This document shows, piece by piece, positions 25,373 to 34,806 of a DNA stretch of 64,000 bases. This stretch comes from Clostridia bacterium (lineage in GTDB: Bacteria; Bacillota; DSM-521; Neomoorellales; SLTJ01). The translations under genes were made by a program, and so were the position numbers. The notes under the pieces were generated by a model that saw nothing but the letters and a program-made list of their open reading frames with translations, was not told where the DNA came from and did no database searches. Numbering within the stretch: the first letter of the stretch is position 1; each line of letters opens with the position of its first letter. The stretch lies in contig SLTJ01000021.1 in the NCBI GenBank assembly GCA_004347685.1, positions 3,157-67,156 of the forward strand. The letters are read 5' to 3'.

Positions 25373-25873
25373 TCACACTTTTGCTAGTTCTTCGCCGGAC
25401 TGTACAGCGTTTTGACTGGCTACATCCATGATGGCCTCCACGATTTTCTTGTATCCGGTACAGCGGCAGATATTGTTACCAATGGCTTTCCTAACATCTT
25501 CTTCTGTTGGTGCTGGATGGCTATTAAGAAATCCTTTGGCGGTCATAATCATCCCTGGAGTACAGTAGCCGCACTGGATCGCCCCGTGCTCCACAAAGGC
25601 TTGCTGCAGGGGATGAGGTTTCCCTCCCTGGGCCAGGCCTTCAATGGTGACTATTTCCTGGCCCTGGGCATCGGCAGCCAGCACCAAACAGGAAAGAACG
25701 GGTTTACCGCCCATTAGTACCATGCAGACCCCACATTCGCCCAGGTCACAGGCTTCTTTAGCCCCCGTCAACCCCAGGTTTTCCCGCAGAACCTCCAGTA
25801 AGGTGCGATGGGGCTCGATGGCCAGCTCATGGCTCTCGCCGTTCACCTGAAGCTCTACCAGTATTTTACTCAT
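25373..25873 (-). CDS. [2Fe-2S]-binding subunit (HcrC/CoxS-like)
   Basis: GAKEACDLGECGVC, SCLVLA, QCGYCTPG, NICRCTGY. Confidence 0.93.
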   Translation of the reverse strand: MSKILVELQVNGESHELAIEPHRTLLEVLRENLGLTGAKEACDLGECGVCMVLMGGKPVLSCLVLAADAQGQEIVTIEGLAQGGKPHPLQQAFVEHGAIQCGYCTPGMIMTAKGFLNSHPAPTEEDVRKAIGNNICRCTGYKKIVEAIMDVASQNAVQSGEELAKV

Positions 25874-26482
25874 GGCTATCTCCTCCCTTGGCTCTCCTGA
25901 CAGCATATTCCAGAGTCCTCTGCGTCAAGACCCGAATAACTCGCCGCCGGTAATAAACTGAGGTCCAGATGCTGATTTAAAGGCTATATCCAGAACCTCG
26001 CCTATTTCCCAAAGGAACACGCCGGGTAGGTACACGGCTGACAATGGCGGCATAGCCCTCCCACTCCGTAGGCTAGAATATCATCGCGGGTAACGCTTTC
26101 GCCGGCCCCCGATCACGGCACAGCCATCTTCTCATAATTATAGCCTGGCTACGGTGTTCTGGCAAGACGAATTACTCTAATTTATATCCCAGGGGCGGCT
26201 AGCCTCAACGGTGATCAAAGACCCGCCTGACCTTTTGGTCATGACGCGAGGGTCCTTGTTTTCTTGGACATCAGCTGAAAGCTGGAAGGCGATTCTTTCT
26301 CACCGAGCCGTGGAACTGCAGCATCACGCCGCGGGGAGGGGAGGGTTGCCCGCCCGGTTGGCGTAAAACCGTTCTAACGAATGCGGGCAGAAAATGGCAA
26401 CCTGAGGTCACAATTTTTCTTCCCGGACTGGCGGCATTTCGGGAACAAAATGCCAAGGCCGAACGTCTAAATAACTAAGGGG

Positions 26483-27547
26483 TTGGTGGGCATGTCAGTG
26501 ATCGGGATCTACTGGAGAGAACGGGCGACCACCAGGATCTTCGGGTTGCGGCCAAAGGCCCGCCACGGCTGTCTGGTGGCAATCATTATGGCTCTAATCG
26601 TCACCGGGCTGGCGGGCTACCAGGGGGAGAGGACATCCCTGCCGGCCGGCTCCAGGGAGGGGGCGGCAAAGGCGGCGGAAATGCCAGTCCATTACCGGGA
26701 CCGGGTGGCTGTGCTCGCGTACCACCACATAGCTCCGGTGGAAAATCCTAGGGAGACAGCCACGATGTCGGCAGAAAACTTCCGCCGGCACCTGAAGGCC
26801 TTGCAGGAAGGCGGCTTTAACGTAGTCTCCCTCGAAGGCGTCGAAAACTTCCTGGCCGGAGGGAAAATCCCGCCCAACACCGTGGCCATCACCTTCGACG
26901 ATGGCTACGAGAGCTTTTATACCTACGCCTTCCCCGAACTGGAGAAACGCCACATGCCGGCCAGCGTCTTCCTCATCCTCAACCTCGTAGGCACCACCGG
27001 GCGCACCCCCTACCTCACCTGGGATGAAATCCGTTACCTCAAGGCAAAAGGCGTAAGCTTTCATTCCCATTCCTACGACGGGCACCGTTTTGCCCGAGGA
27101 GCAAGAAAAGACATCGCCGCCCTGACCGGGCCCATCTACCGCCAGGACCTGGGCCGGCTGGAAACCCGGCAGGAGTATGTGGCCAGGATCGCGGCGGACA
27201 TCGCCCAGGCCAGGGAATCGCTGGCCTCGGAGGCCGGCATAAACGATAAGTATTTTTGTTACCCATATGGACGCTATTCGCCGGAACTAAGGGAAGCCTC
27301 GCGGGCGTCAGGCTACAAGCTGGCCTTTGGCTTGGGCCAGGGGATGGTGACCGGGGAAAGCGACCCCTTGCTTCTCCCCCGGCTCAACGTAGGCCGGCCG
27401 GGGATCGGGCCGCAGGACCTACTGGCGGCGATACAAAAGGCGGCCCGGCCGAAGTCCAAAGGGTTTTCCGGCTGGCTGAAGGCCAGGGCCATGAACCTGG
27501 AGCGGCGGGTTAACAGCGTCCTGCCCGGGGCCAGGGGCAACGGTTAG
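26483..27547 (+). CDS. Polysaccharide deacetylase (CE4, IcaB/PgaB-like) with an N-terminal membrane anchor
   Basis: LAYHHI, ITFDDGY, HSHSYDGH, FCYPYG, LPRL. Confidence 0.88.
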   Translation: MVGMSVIGIYWRERATTRIFGLRPKARHGCLVAIIMALIVTGLAGYQGERTSLPAGSREGAAKAAEMPVHYRDRVAVLAYHHIAPVENPRETATMSAENFRRHLKALQEGGFNVVSLEGVENFLAGGKIPPNTVAITFDDGYESFYTYAFPELEKRHMPASVFLILNLVGTTGRTPYLTWDEIRYLKAKGVSFHSHSYDGHRFARGARKDIAALTGPIYRQDLGRLETRQEYVARIAADIAQARESLASEAGINDKYFCYPYGRYSPELREASRASGYKLAFGLGQGMVTGESDPLLLPRLNVGRPGIGPQDLLAAIQKAARPKSKGFSGWLKARAMNLERRVNSVLPGARGNG

Positions 27548-27674
27548 GCAAACTGAGGTCTACCGCCGGGGTCACGGCGGCCTGTGACTTGCGGCCGGAG
27601 TTCTAGCCCGGCCGTCTGTTGCCTGAGGCTAGGCCCGTTGTCGGCGGGAGCAAGGATGACAGGAGGCAAAGAAT

Positions 27675-28790
27675 TTGCGGCGTTTGCTGGTTGCACTTAT
27701 TGTTTTTCTGGGAGCCGTGGTTGTGGCCGGGGTGGTCGTCGCGGCCAGCCCGCCGGCCCGTAATTACGTAGTCGAGGAGCTTAAAGCCCACCGGGATGCC
27801 TGGGGCGTTTTTCAGGACTGGCTGGACCACACCACCTTTGCCTGGCACCAGCCTGCGTACCCCGATTTTTACACCGGGGCCAAATGGGAGCCGGAAGAGG
27901 GCGTCTACCTGGGGGCCTATGTGGTGCAGGATGAAAGCATTAACGGCGATATGGCCGAGTTTAACCGCCTGACCGGGAAAAAGCACGCCACCTTCTTCCG
28001 CTACGTGGGATGGGGGGAGCCCTTCCCCGGGGAATGGGTGGAGGAAGTGGCGGCTGCTGGCGCTGTGCCCCAGATCGCCTGGGAGCCCAACCAGGGGTTG
28101 GACATGGTTAAGGACGACGCCTATCTGCGCGGCTTCGCCCGAGAGGCTCGAGCCACCGGCCTCCCCATCTTCCTCCGCTACGCTTCCGAGATGAACGGCG
28201 ACTGGACGGCCTACAGCGGCGACCCGCAAAAGTATATTGAGAAATGGCGGCTGGTCCACGACGTCATGGAGGAGGAAGCCCCCAACGTGGCCATGGTGTG
28301 GACGGTCTTCACCATGCCCCAGCAAACCATCCCCCGCTTTTACCCCGGGGACGAGTACGTGGACTGGGTGGGGGTGAACGTGTACAACGTGGCCTACCAT
28401 AACGACCGGCTGGACAAGGCCGCCGCCTACGAGGATCCCTTGCGCCTCCTAGATTACGTCTACCGCACCTATGCTGACACCAAGCCCATCATGATCGCCG
28501 AGTACGGCGTCACCCATTACACGGTGACCGATGGCCGGGAGTACGTGGACATGGCCATCAGCAAGCTAAACCGCATGTACCAAGGGATCCTCACGTATTA
28601 CCCCCGGGTTAAGGCCATTTATTATTTCGACGTGAATAACGTGGCCTATGCCGTCGAGCACCGGCAGATAAACGACTACTCCCTCACCAGCGACCCCAGG
28701 ATCCTGGCCGCCTACCGGGACCTGGTGGCCGACCCGAGGTTCTTGAGTTCGGTGCGGGGTGTCCAGGCAGAGGACCAGGATCATCCGTGA
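27675..28790 (+). CDS. Glycoside hydrolase family 26 protein, secreted or anchored
   Basis: IAWEP, LRYASEMNGDW (acid/base), YPGDEYVDWVG and IAEYG (nucleophile). Hydrophobic N-terminus. Confidence 0.85.
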   Translation: MRRLLVALIVFLGAVVVAGVVVAASPPARNYVVEELKAHRDAWGVFQDWLDHTTFAWHQPAYPDFYTGAKWEPEEGVYLGAYVVQDESINGDMAEFNRLTGKKHATFFRYVGWGEPFPGEWVEEVAAAGAVPQIAWEPNQGLDMVKDDAYLRGFAREARATGLPIFLRYASEMNGDWTAYSGDPQKYIEKWRLVHDVMEEEAPNVAMVWTVFTMPQQTIPRFYPGDEYVDWVGVNVYNVAYHNDRLDKAAAYEDPLRLLDYVYRTYADTKPIMIAEYGVTHYTVTDGREYVDMAISKLNRMYQGILTYYPRVKAIYYFDVNNVAYAVEHRQINDYSLTSDPRILAAYRDLVADPRFLSSVRGVQAEDQDHP

Positions 28791-28848
28791 AGCAGCAGGG
28801 GCGGCCACTGTAGGCCCAAATTACGATCAGGGGTGGTGGCCGGGACTG

Positions 28849-30381
28849 TCAATAACCCACCGGCCGGTCCAGGCAACGGTACTGCAGAGCTTCGGCCACA
28901 TGGACCGGCCTGATTTGTTCTTCCCCGGCCAGGTCGGCGATGGTGCGGGCCACCCGCAGGACGCGGTCCCGGGCGCGCAGGGAAAGGCCTAACCCGGTAA
29001 AGGCCTGCTGCAGCAGCTTACGCGCTTCTCCCTCCAGGGTACAGAACTGCCGCAGGTGGCGGGGCTGCATCTGGGCGTTATAATGCAGGCCCACTGGCGC
29101 CAGGCGCTCTGCCTGGCGCTGCCGGGCGGCCACCACCCGCTCGCGGACGGCGGCGGAAGATTCCGCCAGGCTGTCCGACTCAAGCTCCAGGTAGGGAACG
29201 CGGGGCACCTCTACCTGCAGGTCAATGCGGTCCAGAACCGGGCCGGAAATCTTGGCCCGGTAATTTTCTATCTGGCGGGGCGTGCAGTTGCACCCGCGTA
29301 CGGAATCCCCGAGATAGCCGCAGGGACAGGGGTTCATGGCCGCCACCAGGAGGAACTCCGCCGGAAAGCTGGCGGCTCCGGCGGCCCGGGTGACGGTTAC
29401 CTTCCGGTCTTCCAGGGGCTGGCGCAGGGCTTCCAGCACGTCGCGAGGAAACTCCGGCAACTCGTCCAAAAAAAGGATGCCATGGCTGGCCAAGCTTACT
29501 TCTCCCGGCCGGGGTACGCGGCCGCCGCCAATCAGGCTCACCGCCGAAGCGCTGTGATGTGGGGCGCGGAACGGCCGGGTAGTTATTACCGGCCGCTCTT
29601 TGCTGAGTATCCCGGCCACGCTGTGTATGCAGGTTACCTCCAGGGCCTCCTCCCGGGTGAGGGGCGGCATAATGGAAGGGAGACGGCGGGCCAGCATGGT
29701 CTTGCCCGTGCCCGGCGGACCGATGAAAAGTAGGTGGTGGCCGCCGGCCGCGGCTATCTCCATGGCCCTCCGGGCCGCCGCCTGCCCCTTTACCTCGGCC
29801 ATATCCAGATCCGTTTCCGCCCCCGGGAGGGGGAAAGCATCTTCTGGCGGAGCCAAGTCAAAACCGGCCCGGCCGGCCAGGGCGTCCCCTACCTGGGCCA
29901 GGGTGGCGGCCCCGTACAGGCCGGTGGCCGTTACCAGGGCCCCTTCGGCCAGGTTGTCCCGGGGCACCACCAGCCCGCGGCCCGGACAGGCGGAAGCAAA
30001 ATGCATGGCCATGGCCAGTACCCCTGGTACGCTGCGCAGGCTGCCGTCCAGGGAGAGCTCTCCTACCCAGGTATATCCGGCGAGGGCTTGGGCAGGCACC
30101 TGCCCTGTGGCCGCCAGTATGCCCAGGGAAATGGGCAGGTCAAAGGCCGACCCGCTCTTTGGGATATCCGCAGGGGCGAGGTTAACGGTGATGCGGCTGG
30201 GCGGGAAATTGTAACCGGAGTTCTTAATGGCTGCCCGCACCCTGTCCCTGGCTTCCCGGACCCCAGAATCTGGCAACCCGGTAATGTTAAAGGCCGGCAG
30301 GCCCCCGGCCACATCTACTTCCACCCGTATGGGAACGGCCTCCAGCCCGGTAATGGCATAGCTATCAACCACGGCCAGCAT
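28849..30381 (-). CDS. YifB/ComM family Mg-chelatase-like AAA+ ATPase
   Basis: GLPD.GVREARDRV, NLAPAD, GELSLDG, GPPGTGKTM, RPFRAPHH, LFLDELPEF, AMNPCPCG. Confidence 0.96.
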   Translation of the reverse strand: MLAVVDSYAITGLEAVPIRVEVDVAGGLPAFNITGLPDSGVREARDRVRAAIKNSGYNFPPSRITVNLAPADIPKSGSAFDLPISLGILAATGQVPAQALAGYTWVGELSLDGSLRSVPGVLAMAMHFASACPGRGLVVPRDNLAEGALVTATGLYGAATLAQVGDALAGRAGFDLAPPEDAFPLPGAETDLDMAEVKGQAAARRAMEIAAAGGHHLLFIGPPGTGKTMLARRLPSIMPPLTREEALEVTCIHSVAGILSKERPVITTRPFRAPHHSASAVSLIGGGRVPRPGEVSLASHGILFLDELPEFPRDVLEALRQPLEDRKVTVTRAAGAASFPAEFLLVAAMNPCPCGYLGDSVRGCNCTPRQIENYRAKISGPVLDRIDLQVEVPRVPYLELESDSLAESSAAVRERVVAARQRQAERLAPVGLHYNAQMQPRHLRQFCTLEGEARKLLQQAFTGLGLSLRARDRVLRVARTIADLAGEEQIRPVHVAEALQYRCLDRPVGY

Positions 30382-30632
30382 AAAAACGCCTCCAGCAATC
30401 CCTGTCGCTAACTCTCACCTCCCGGCCAAGGACCGGGCTCGACCTCTGTTAGGATTCTCTTTCCATAATACTTATCCTGCCCGGGGGCAAAAATCGGCAA
30501 GGTCGTATTGTCACCAGGTTACGTTAAAGCAGGAAGAAGCCCCGGTACGGTGAAATTAATTGTGGTCGGGATAAACATAATGAGTGTGCGGGTTCCGGCG
30601 AGGGTGCCAGCCGCACTCTTGGAGGAGAAAAA

Positions 30633-31580
30633 ATGAAACTCGTTACCTTTATCCTCAAGGAAGAAAAACGCCTCGGACTGTGGCAGGACGGCCGGATAAT
30701 CGTCATCTCCCAGGCGGCCAGGCTAATGGGCTTAGGGGCAGAAAAACCAAGCTCCCCGGCCGCAGCCGGTGCAGGCTACTCGCCGGGCGTCCCGCCGGAC
30801 TGCCTGGAGAGTATGGAAGCCCTCCTGGCCGCAGGTGAAGCGGGCCGGCACCTGGTGGAGAGAATCGCTGCCAGCCCCCCGCAGGAGGCCGCCGTCCCGG
30901 CGGAGGAAGTGCAACTGGCGGCCCCGCTGACCCGGCCGCCGAAAATAATTTGCATAGGCATGAATTACAGGAGCCACTGCGCTGAGCAGGGGGCCAGGCT
31001 GCCGTCCCACCCCATTATTTTTGCCAAGTTTGCCACTGCCGTCACCGGCCCCGGCAGCCCTGTTATCCGGCCCCGCCTTACCCAGCAGCTCGACTATGAA
31101 ACCGAACTGGCGGTGGTCATCGGCCGGAGAGGTAAGAACATAGGCCAGAACAAAGCTATGGAGTACGTGGCCGGCTATACCATCTTCAATGACGTGAGCG
31201 CCAGGGACATCCAGTTCGGCGACCGCCAGTGGGTCCGGGGTAAGACCTTTGATACCTTCGCCCCCATGGGGCCGTGGCTGGTAACCGCGGATGAAATCCC
31301 TGACCCCCAGGATTTGCGCCTCAGGTGCTGGGTAAACGGGGAGCTGCGCCAGGATTCCACCACGGCGGAAATGATCTTCACCGTGCCGTACCTGATCGAA
31401 TTCCTTTCCCGGGTGGTAACCCTGGAGCCAGGGGACATCATCGCCACCGGCACCCCGGCCGGAGTAGGGGCCTTCCGCCAGCCCCCGGTCTACCTGGAGG
31501 CAGGTGACAGAATCCGTATGGAAATTACCGGCCTGGGAGTGCTGGAGAATTACATTGTAGATGCGGAATATGATAACTGA
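30633..31580 (+). CDS. Fumarylacetoacetate hydrolase family protein
   Basis: KIICIGMNY..H, LDYETEL, NDVSARD, GKTFDTF.PMGP, GDIIATGTPAGVG. Confidence 0.93.
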   Translation: MKLVTFILKEEKRLGLWQDGRIIVISQAARLMGLGAEKPSSPAAAGAGYSPGVPPDCLESMEALLAAGEAGRHLVERIAASPPQEAAVPAEEVQLAAPLTRPPKIICIGMNYRSHCAEQGARLPSHPIIFAKFATAVTGPGSPVIRPRLTQQLDYETELAVVIGRRGKNIGQNKAMEYVAGYTIFNDVSARDIQFGDRQWVRGKTFDTFAPMGPWLVTADEIPDPQDLRLRCWVNGELRQDSTTAEMIFTVPYLIEFLSRVVTLEPGDIIATGTPAGVGAFRQPPVYLEAGDRIRMEITGLGVLENYIVDAEYDN

Positions 31581-31632
31581 TTGTTGCCCCTACCGGTTGC
31601 TTATGGTATGATACAGTCAGGAGGGGAAAATA

Positions 31633-32022
31633 ATGGCTGTGCCGGAAGAAGCCAGGAAGGAAACGGCTGCTGGGGCCGAGGGCGGGGGAAGTTGGTTTTC
31701 CGGCAGCTTCGATCCCATAGGTTACATTTTTCAACGCCTGGATCACCTAGAGGCTATGATCCGCCAGGTGGAAACGAACCTGCGCCAGGAAATAAAACAA
31801 AGCGAAGCCCGAACCGAGGAGAAATTCAACCGGGTAGACGAGAATTTCAGCCGGGTATATGAGAAATTCGACCGGGTAGACGAGAAATTCGATCGGGTAG
31901 ACGCTAAGCTGGAGCAACTTAACGGGCGACTACACAACCTCACCCTATGGGCCATCGGCGCTCTGTTCACCATGATAGTGGGCTTCATTGCGATCCTTAT
32001 TCCCTTGCTGAGGTTGAACTGA
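31633..32022 (+). CDS. Coiled-coil heptad-repeat protein with a C-terminal transmembrane helix (DUF1640/CCDC90-like)
   Basis: RBS GGAGGGG, (EKFDRVD)-type repeats, hydrophobic C-terminus LWAIGALFTMIVGFIAILIPLL. Confidence 0.7.
   Translation: MAVPEEARKETAAGAEGGGSWFSGSFDPIGYIFQRLDHLEAMIRQVETNLRQEIKQSEARTEEKFNRVDENFSRVYEKFDRVDEKFDRVDAKLEQLNGRLHNLTLWAIGALFTMIVGFIAILIPLLRLN
31819..31902 (+). repeat. 21-bp tandem repeat x4 (GAGAAATTCGACCGGGTAGAC consensus) inside the CDS
   Basis: Four contiguous in-frame units with no spacers. Confidence 0.9.
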
Positions 32023-32149
32023 ACCAAAGGCATTTGGCTTTGCTGGCCGACGGCAAAAGCGTTACCTACCAGGCCGGCCAGGCGCTGTCTTACATATCAG
32101 TAGCCGCTGTCGCCTCAGGAGGAAATGGTTACATGCCGGGCCTCCTGTT

Positions 32150-33421
32150 CTACCTCCTGGTACCCGGCCTGAAATCAGTTGTCGTGTCACCAGTTTCCCT
32201 GGGTATTACCTCAACTCGCTCCCCGGACAGTACCGGCCCATTACTTGGTTTTTCCGGCAAAGGCACCTCCTCCTGGTCTTCCTGCCGCCGGTAGGCCGGC
32301 CTTACCCCTGCCAGGCGAAGGAAGGCGCCCGGCAGCGGCCGGATAACCTCCCGCAGATGGGCATAGGCGAGGGAGCCCAGGAGGAGAAAGCCGGCGTACC
32401 CGACGGCTGGAAAAACAATTCCCACCATGCGTGAAAACCCAACCTGGGCCGCAGCCAGACCGGCCAGGCTGGCGCCCACAGCCACCAGGCGAAAACGCGG
32501 CCCCTGTGGATCGGCCAGGCGGGAGACAAAACCGTAAAGGCTAGCCACGGCAGTGGTGTATATCTCACCCAGCAGGACCAAACCGTAAACTGTTCCTACC
32601 CGGGGACTGATGCTCCTGGCGCTGAACACCATGGGAACCTCAAAGGCTGCCGCCTGAGGCGCCCCGGCCAGGGTGGAGAGGAAGATGGCGGTGGCACCCA
32701 GGCCCAGGCCAAGGCCGCCCCAGATAGCACCCCGCCGGATGGCCGGCGGCGCCGCTGCCGCCCCCAGGGGAGCCAGGACAGCCACTGCCAGCACCATGTT
32801 GTAGGAGACGTAATTCATCGCCGCCAGGGGCCAGAAACCGACTGCGGCCCTGGCCGGAACGGACCAGCCCGTATTGGCCACGAGGACCGGCCAGTTGGTG
32901 GCCAGGGTGTAGAGGCTAACACCGCCGACGGCGGCCAGCAGGAAAGGCACGAAGAAACTGATGGCCGATATGATCCCGCCAAAGCCCAGCAGTACGGTGA
33001 CCAGGGAAGCAGCTATCATCAGGGTGCTACCGGTCCAGGATGGCAGGCCGAACTGTTCGGCAAAGAGGGCCCCGGCCCCGGCAGCCATGATGGTTAACGC
33101 ACCAAAAAGGAAAAAGGTTATTACGGCATCTACCGCGTTGCCGGCCCAGCGACCGCCAGCCATACGAATTACCGGGCGGTAGGAGCTACTGCCCAGGCTG
33201 TGACCCAGGCTCATAGCCGCGTAACCAAAATAGACCAGCAGTACCGTGGCCACGGCTAGACCGGCCAGGCCCCACAGGCCGAAATAACCAAAGAACTGCA
33301 GCACCTCCTGCCCGGAAGCAAAACCGGCCCCCACAACCGTCCCGATATAGACGGCCGCCACCTTGAAGCTGGACTCCGCCGGCGTATTATTACCCTGCAC
33401 CCCTTTACGGGCCAATACCAC
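32150..33421 (-). CDS. YkvI family membrane protein
   Basis: YIGTVVGAGFASGQEVLQFF, YVSYNM, EIYTTA; multiple TM helices. Confidence 0.88.
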   Translation of the reverse strand: MVLARKGVQGNNTPAESSFKVAAVYIGTVVGAGFASGQEVLQFFGYFGLWGLAGLAVATVLLVYFGYAAMSLGHSLGSSSYRPVIRMAGGRWAGNAVDAVITFFLFGALTIMAAGAGALFAEQFGLPSWTGSTLMIAASLVTVLLGFGGIISAISFFVPFLLAAVGGVSLYTLATNWPVLVANTGWSVPARAAVGFWPLAAMNYVSYNMVLAVAVLAPLGAAAAPPAIRRGAIWGGLGLGLGATAIFLSTLAGAPQAAAFEVPMVFSARSISPRVGTVYGLVLLGEIYTTAVASLYGFVSRLADPQGPRFRLVAVGASLAGLAAAQVGFSRMVGIVFPAVGYAGFLLLGSLAYAHLREVIRPLPGAFLRLAGVRPAYRRQEDQEEVPLPEKPSNGPVLSGERVEVIPRETGDTTTDFRPGTRR

Positions 33422-33503
33422 TACCCCTCAAATTGAGGCTGGAAATGACCAGTTCTTTGATCACCTCCTTAGTCTACCCGAGAACAGGATTATTATTTGG
33501 CCG

Positions 33504-34730
33504 CTACTGGGCAGCCACCACCCGGTTGCGCCCTTCTTGCTTGGCCCGGTACAGGGCTGTATCCGCCCGGTCAATAAAGTCGGACTTGGCCTCACCCGCC
33601 ACCCACTCCGCCACCCCGAGGCTCATGGTTACCTTCACTTCCTGTCCATCCTCAGGATCGGCAAAGGGATGGGAGGCCACCCGCTGCCGGATATCACGGG
33701 CAATCTCTGCTGCGCCGGCCAGGGGTGTATCCGGCAGGATGGCCGCAAACTCCTCTCCCCCGTACCGGGCGGCTATTCCCCCGGCAGCAGCGACGCTCAA
33801 ACTCATTATCCCCGCCACTTCCTTCAATACGGTGTCGCCAAAGAGGTGGCCGTAGGTATCGTTCAGCCGCTTAAAGAAATCGAGGTCCCCCAGGATTATT
33901 GACAGGGGCTGGCCGTTTTCCTGCGCGGCCCGAATTTCGGCTGAAAGGGTTTGGTGAAAATGCAGATGGTTATACAGGCTGGTGAGACCGTCAGTAACGG
34001 CCCGCTGCTCCAGCAACATGGCCTGACGTTTAATCTCCAGGTACATCAGGGCGTTCTTCAGAGCCAGGGCAGCCTGGCCGGCCAGGTTGTAGAGAAACTC
34101 CACCTGCCAGTCAGTGAGGACGTACCGGGAAGGAATCCGGTGGATGTTCAGTGTCCCCAGGACTTCCTTATCGAATATGAAAGGGATGGCCGCCACGTAG
34201 TCGTTCAGGGTGCACCCGAGGCAGTCGTAAACCTCAGGATCCTGGAGGACATAGGGCTGGCCCGACTTGCACACGTGCCAGGCCATGGAATCCGTATACT
34301 CTCTGGCAAAGCGAGCCTTTTCCCCTTCGGGATCGGCCAGCCCGAAATCGGCGATAATGCGCACTCCGTCAGCTTCATCCAGGAGCATGATCGAACAGGC
34401 ATCGGCGTTGGTCAGGGTGACCACGGCCTGCATGATCAGCCCGGCTATCTCCTCCGGCACCAGCAGGGTATTGATGGCCTTGTTTATTTCATATAACAAC
34501 TCGCTTTCCCGCCGCCGCTCATCCAGCTCCCGGCGCAGCCGCTCTATTTCCTGCCGGCAACGGGTAAGCTCGTCAGTCACCGCCGCTTGCTGGGATTGCA
34601 CGCCATTCACTCCTATAGACAATTCCTGGGGGCGACCAATGCATGTTCCAGCGGGCAAAACTCCGGGTAATAAAGTCCAACCCAAGTAGGGATACGCTTT
34701 TAATCTACCACGATTCCCAATGGCAGTCAA
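33504..34730 (-). CDS. GAF-sensor diguanylate cyclase (GGDEF)
   Basis: TDGLTSLYN, DLDFFKRLNDTYGHLFGD, ARYGGEEF and AD.ALY.AK..GRN, with a GAF domain upstream. Start uncertain (probably near 34610). Confidence 0.92.
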   Translation of the reverse strand: MTAIGNRGRLKAYPYLGWTLLPGVLPAGTCIGRPQELSIGVNGVQSQQAAVTDELTRCRQEIERLRRELDERRRESELLYEINKAINTLLVPEEIAGLIMQAVVTLTNADACSIMLLDEADGVRIIADFGLADPEGEKARFAREYTDSMAWHVCKSGQPYVLQDPEVYDCLGCTLNDYVAAIPFIFDKEVLGTLNIHRIPSRYVLTDWQVEFLYNLAGQAALALKNALMYLEIKRQAMLLEQRAVTDGLTSLYNHLHFHQTLSAEIRAAQENGQPLSIILGDLDFFKRLNDTYGHLFGDTVLKEVAGIMSLSVAAAGGIAARYGGEEFAAILPDTPLAGAAEIARDIRQRVASHPFADPEDGQEVKVTMSLGVAEWVAGEAKSDFIDRADTALYRAKQEGRNRVVAAQ

Positions 34731-34806
34731 TGGTCTCGCGCAACCGCAAATAAAACCCCCACCTGGAAAGGGTGAGGGCTATCTAAGGCAGTGTAATCAC
34801 AGCCCG

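Noticed and set aside
25905-25945. TTGACG...TATGCT promoter candidate for the hcr-like operon
   Set aside because: The spacer is only 15 nt, so the call is unreliable.
27545-27635. GGCAAAC...GTTGCC-bounded hairpins before GH26 as a possible c-di-GMP riboswitch
   Set aside because: Core GAAA and GACGCAAAGC elements are absent.
31819-31902. Periodic repeat that could look like a mini-CRISPR
   Set aside because: Units are contiguous with no spacers, in frame within a CDS, and no cas genes are present.
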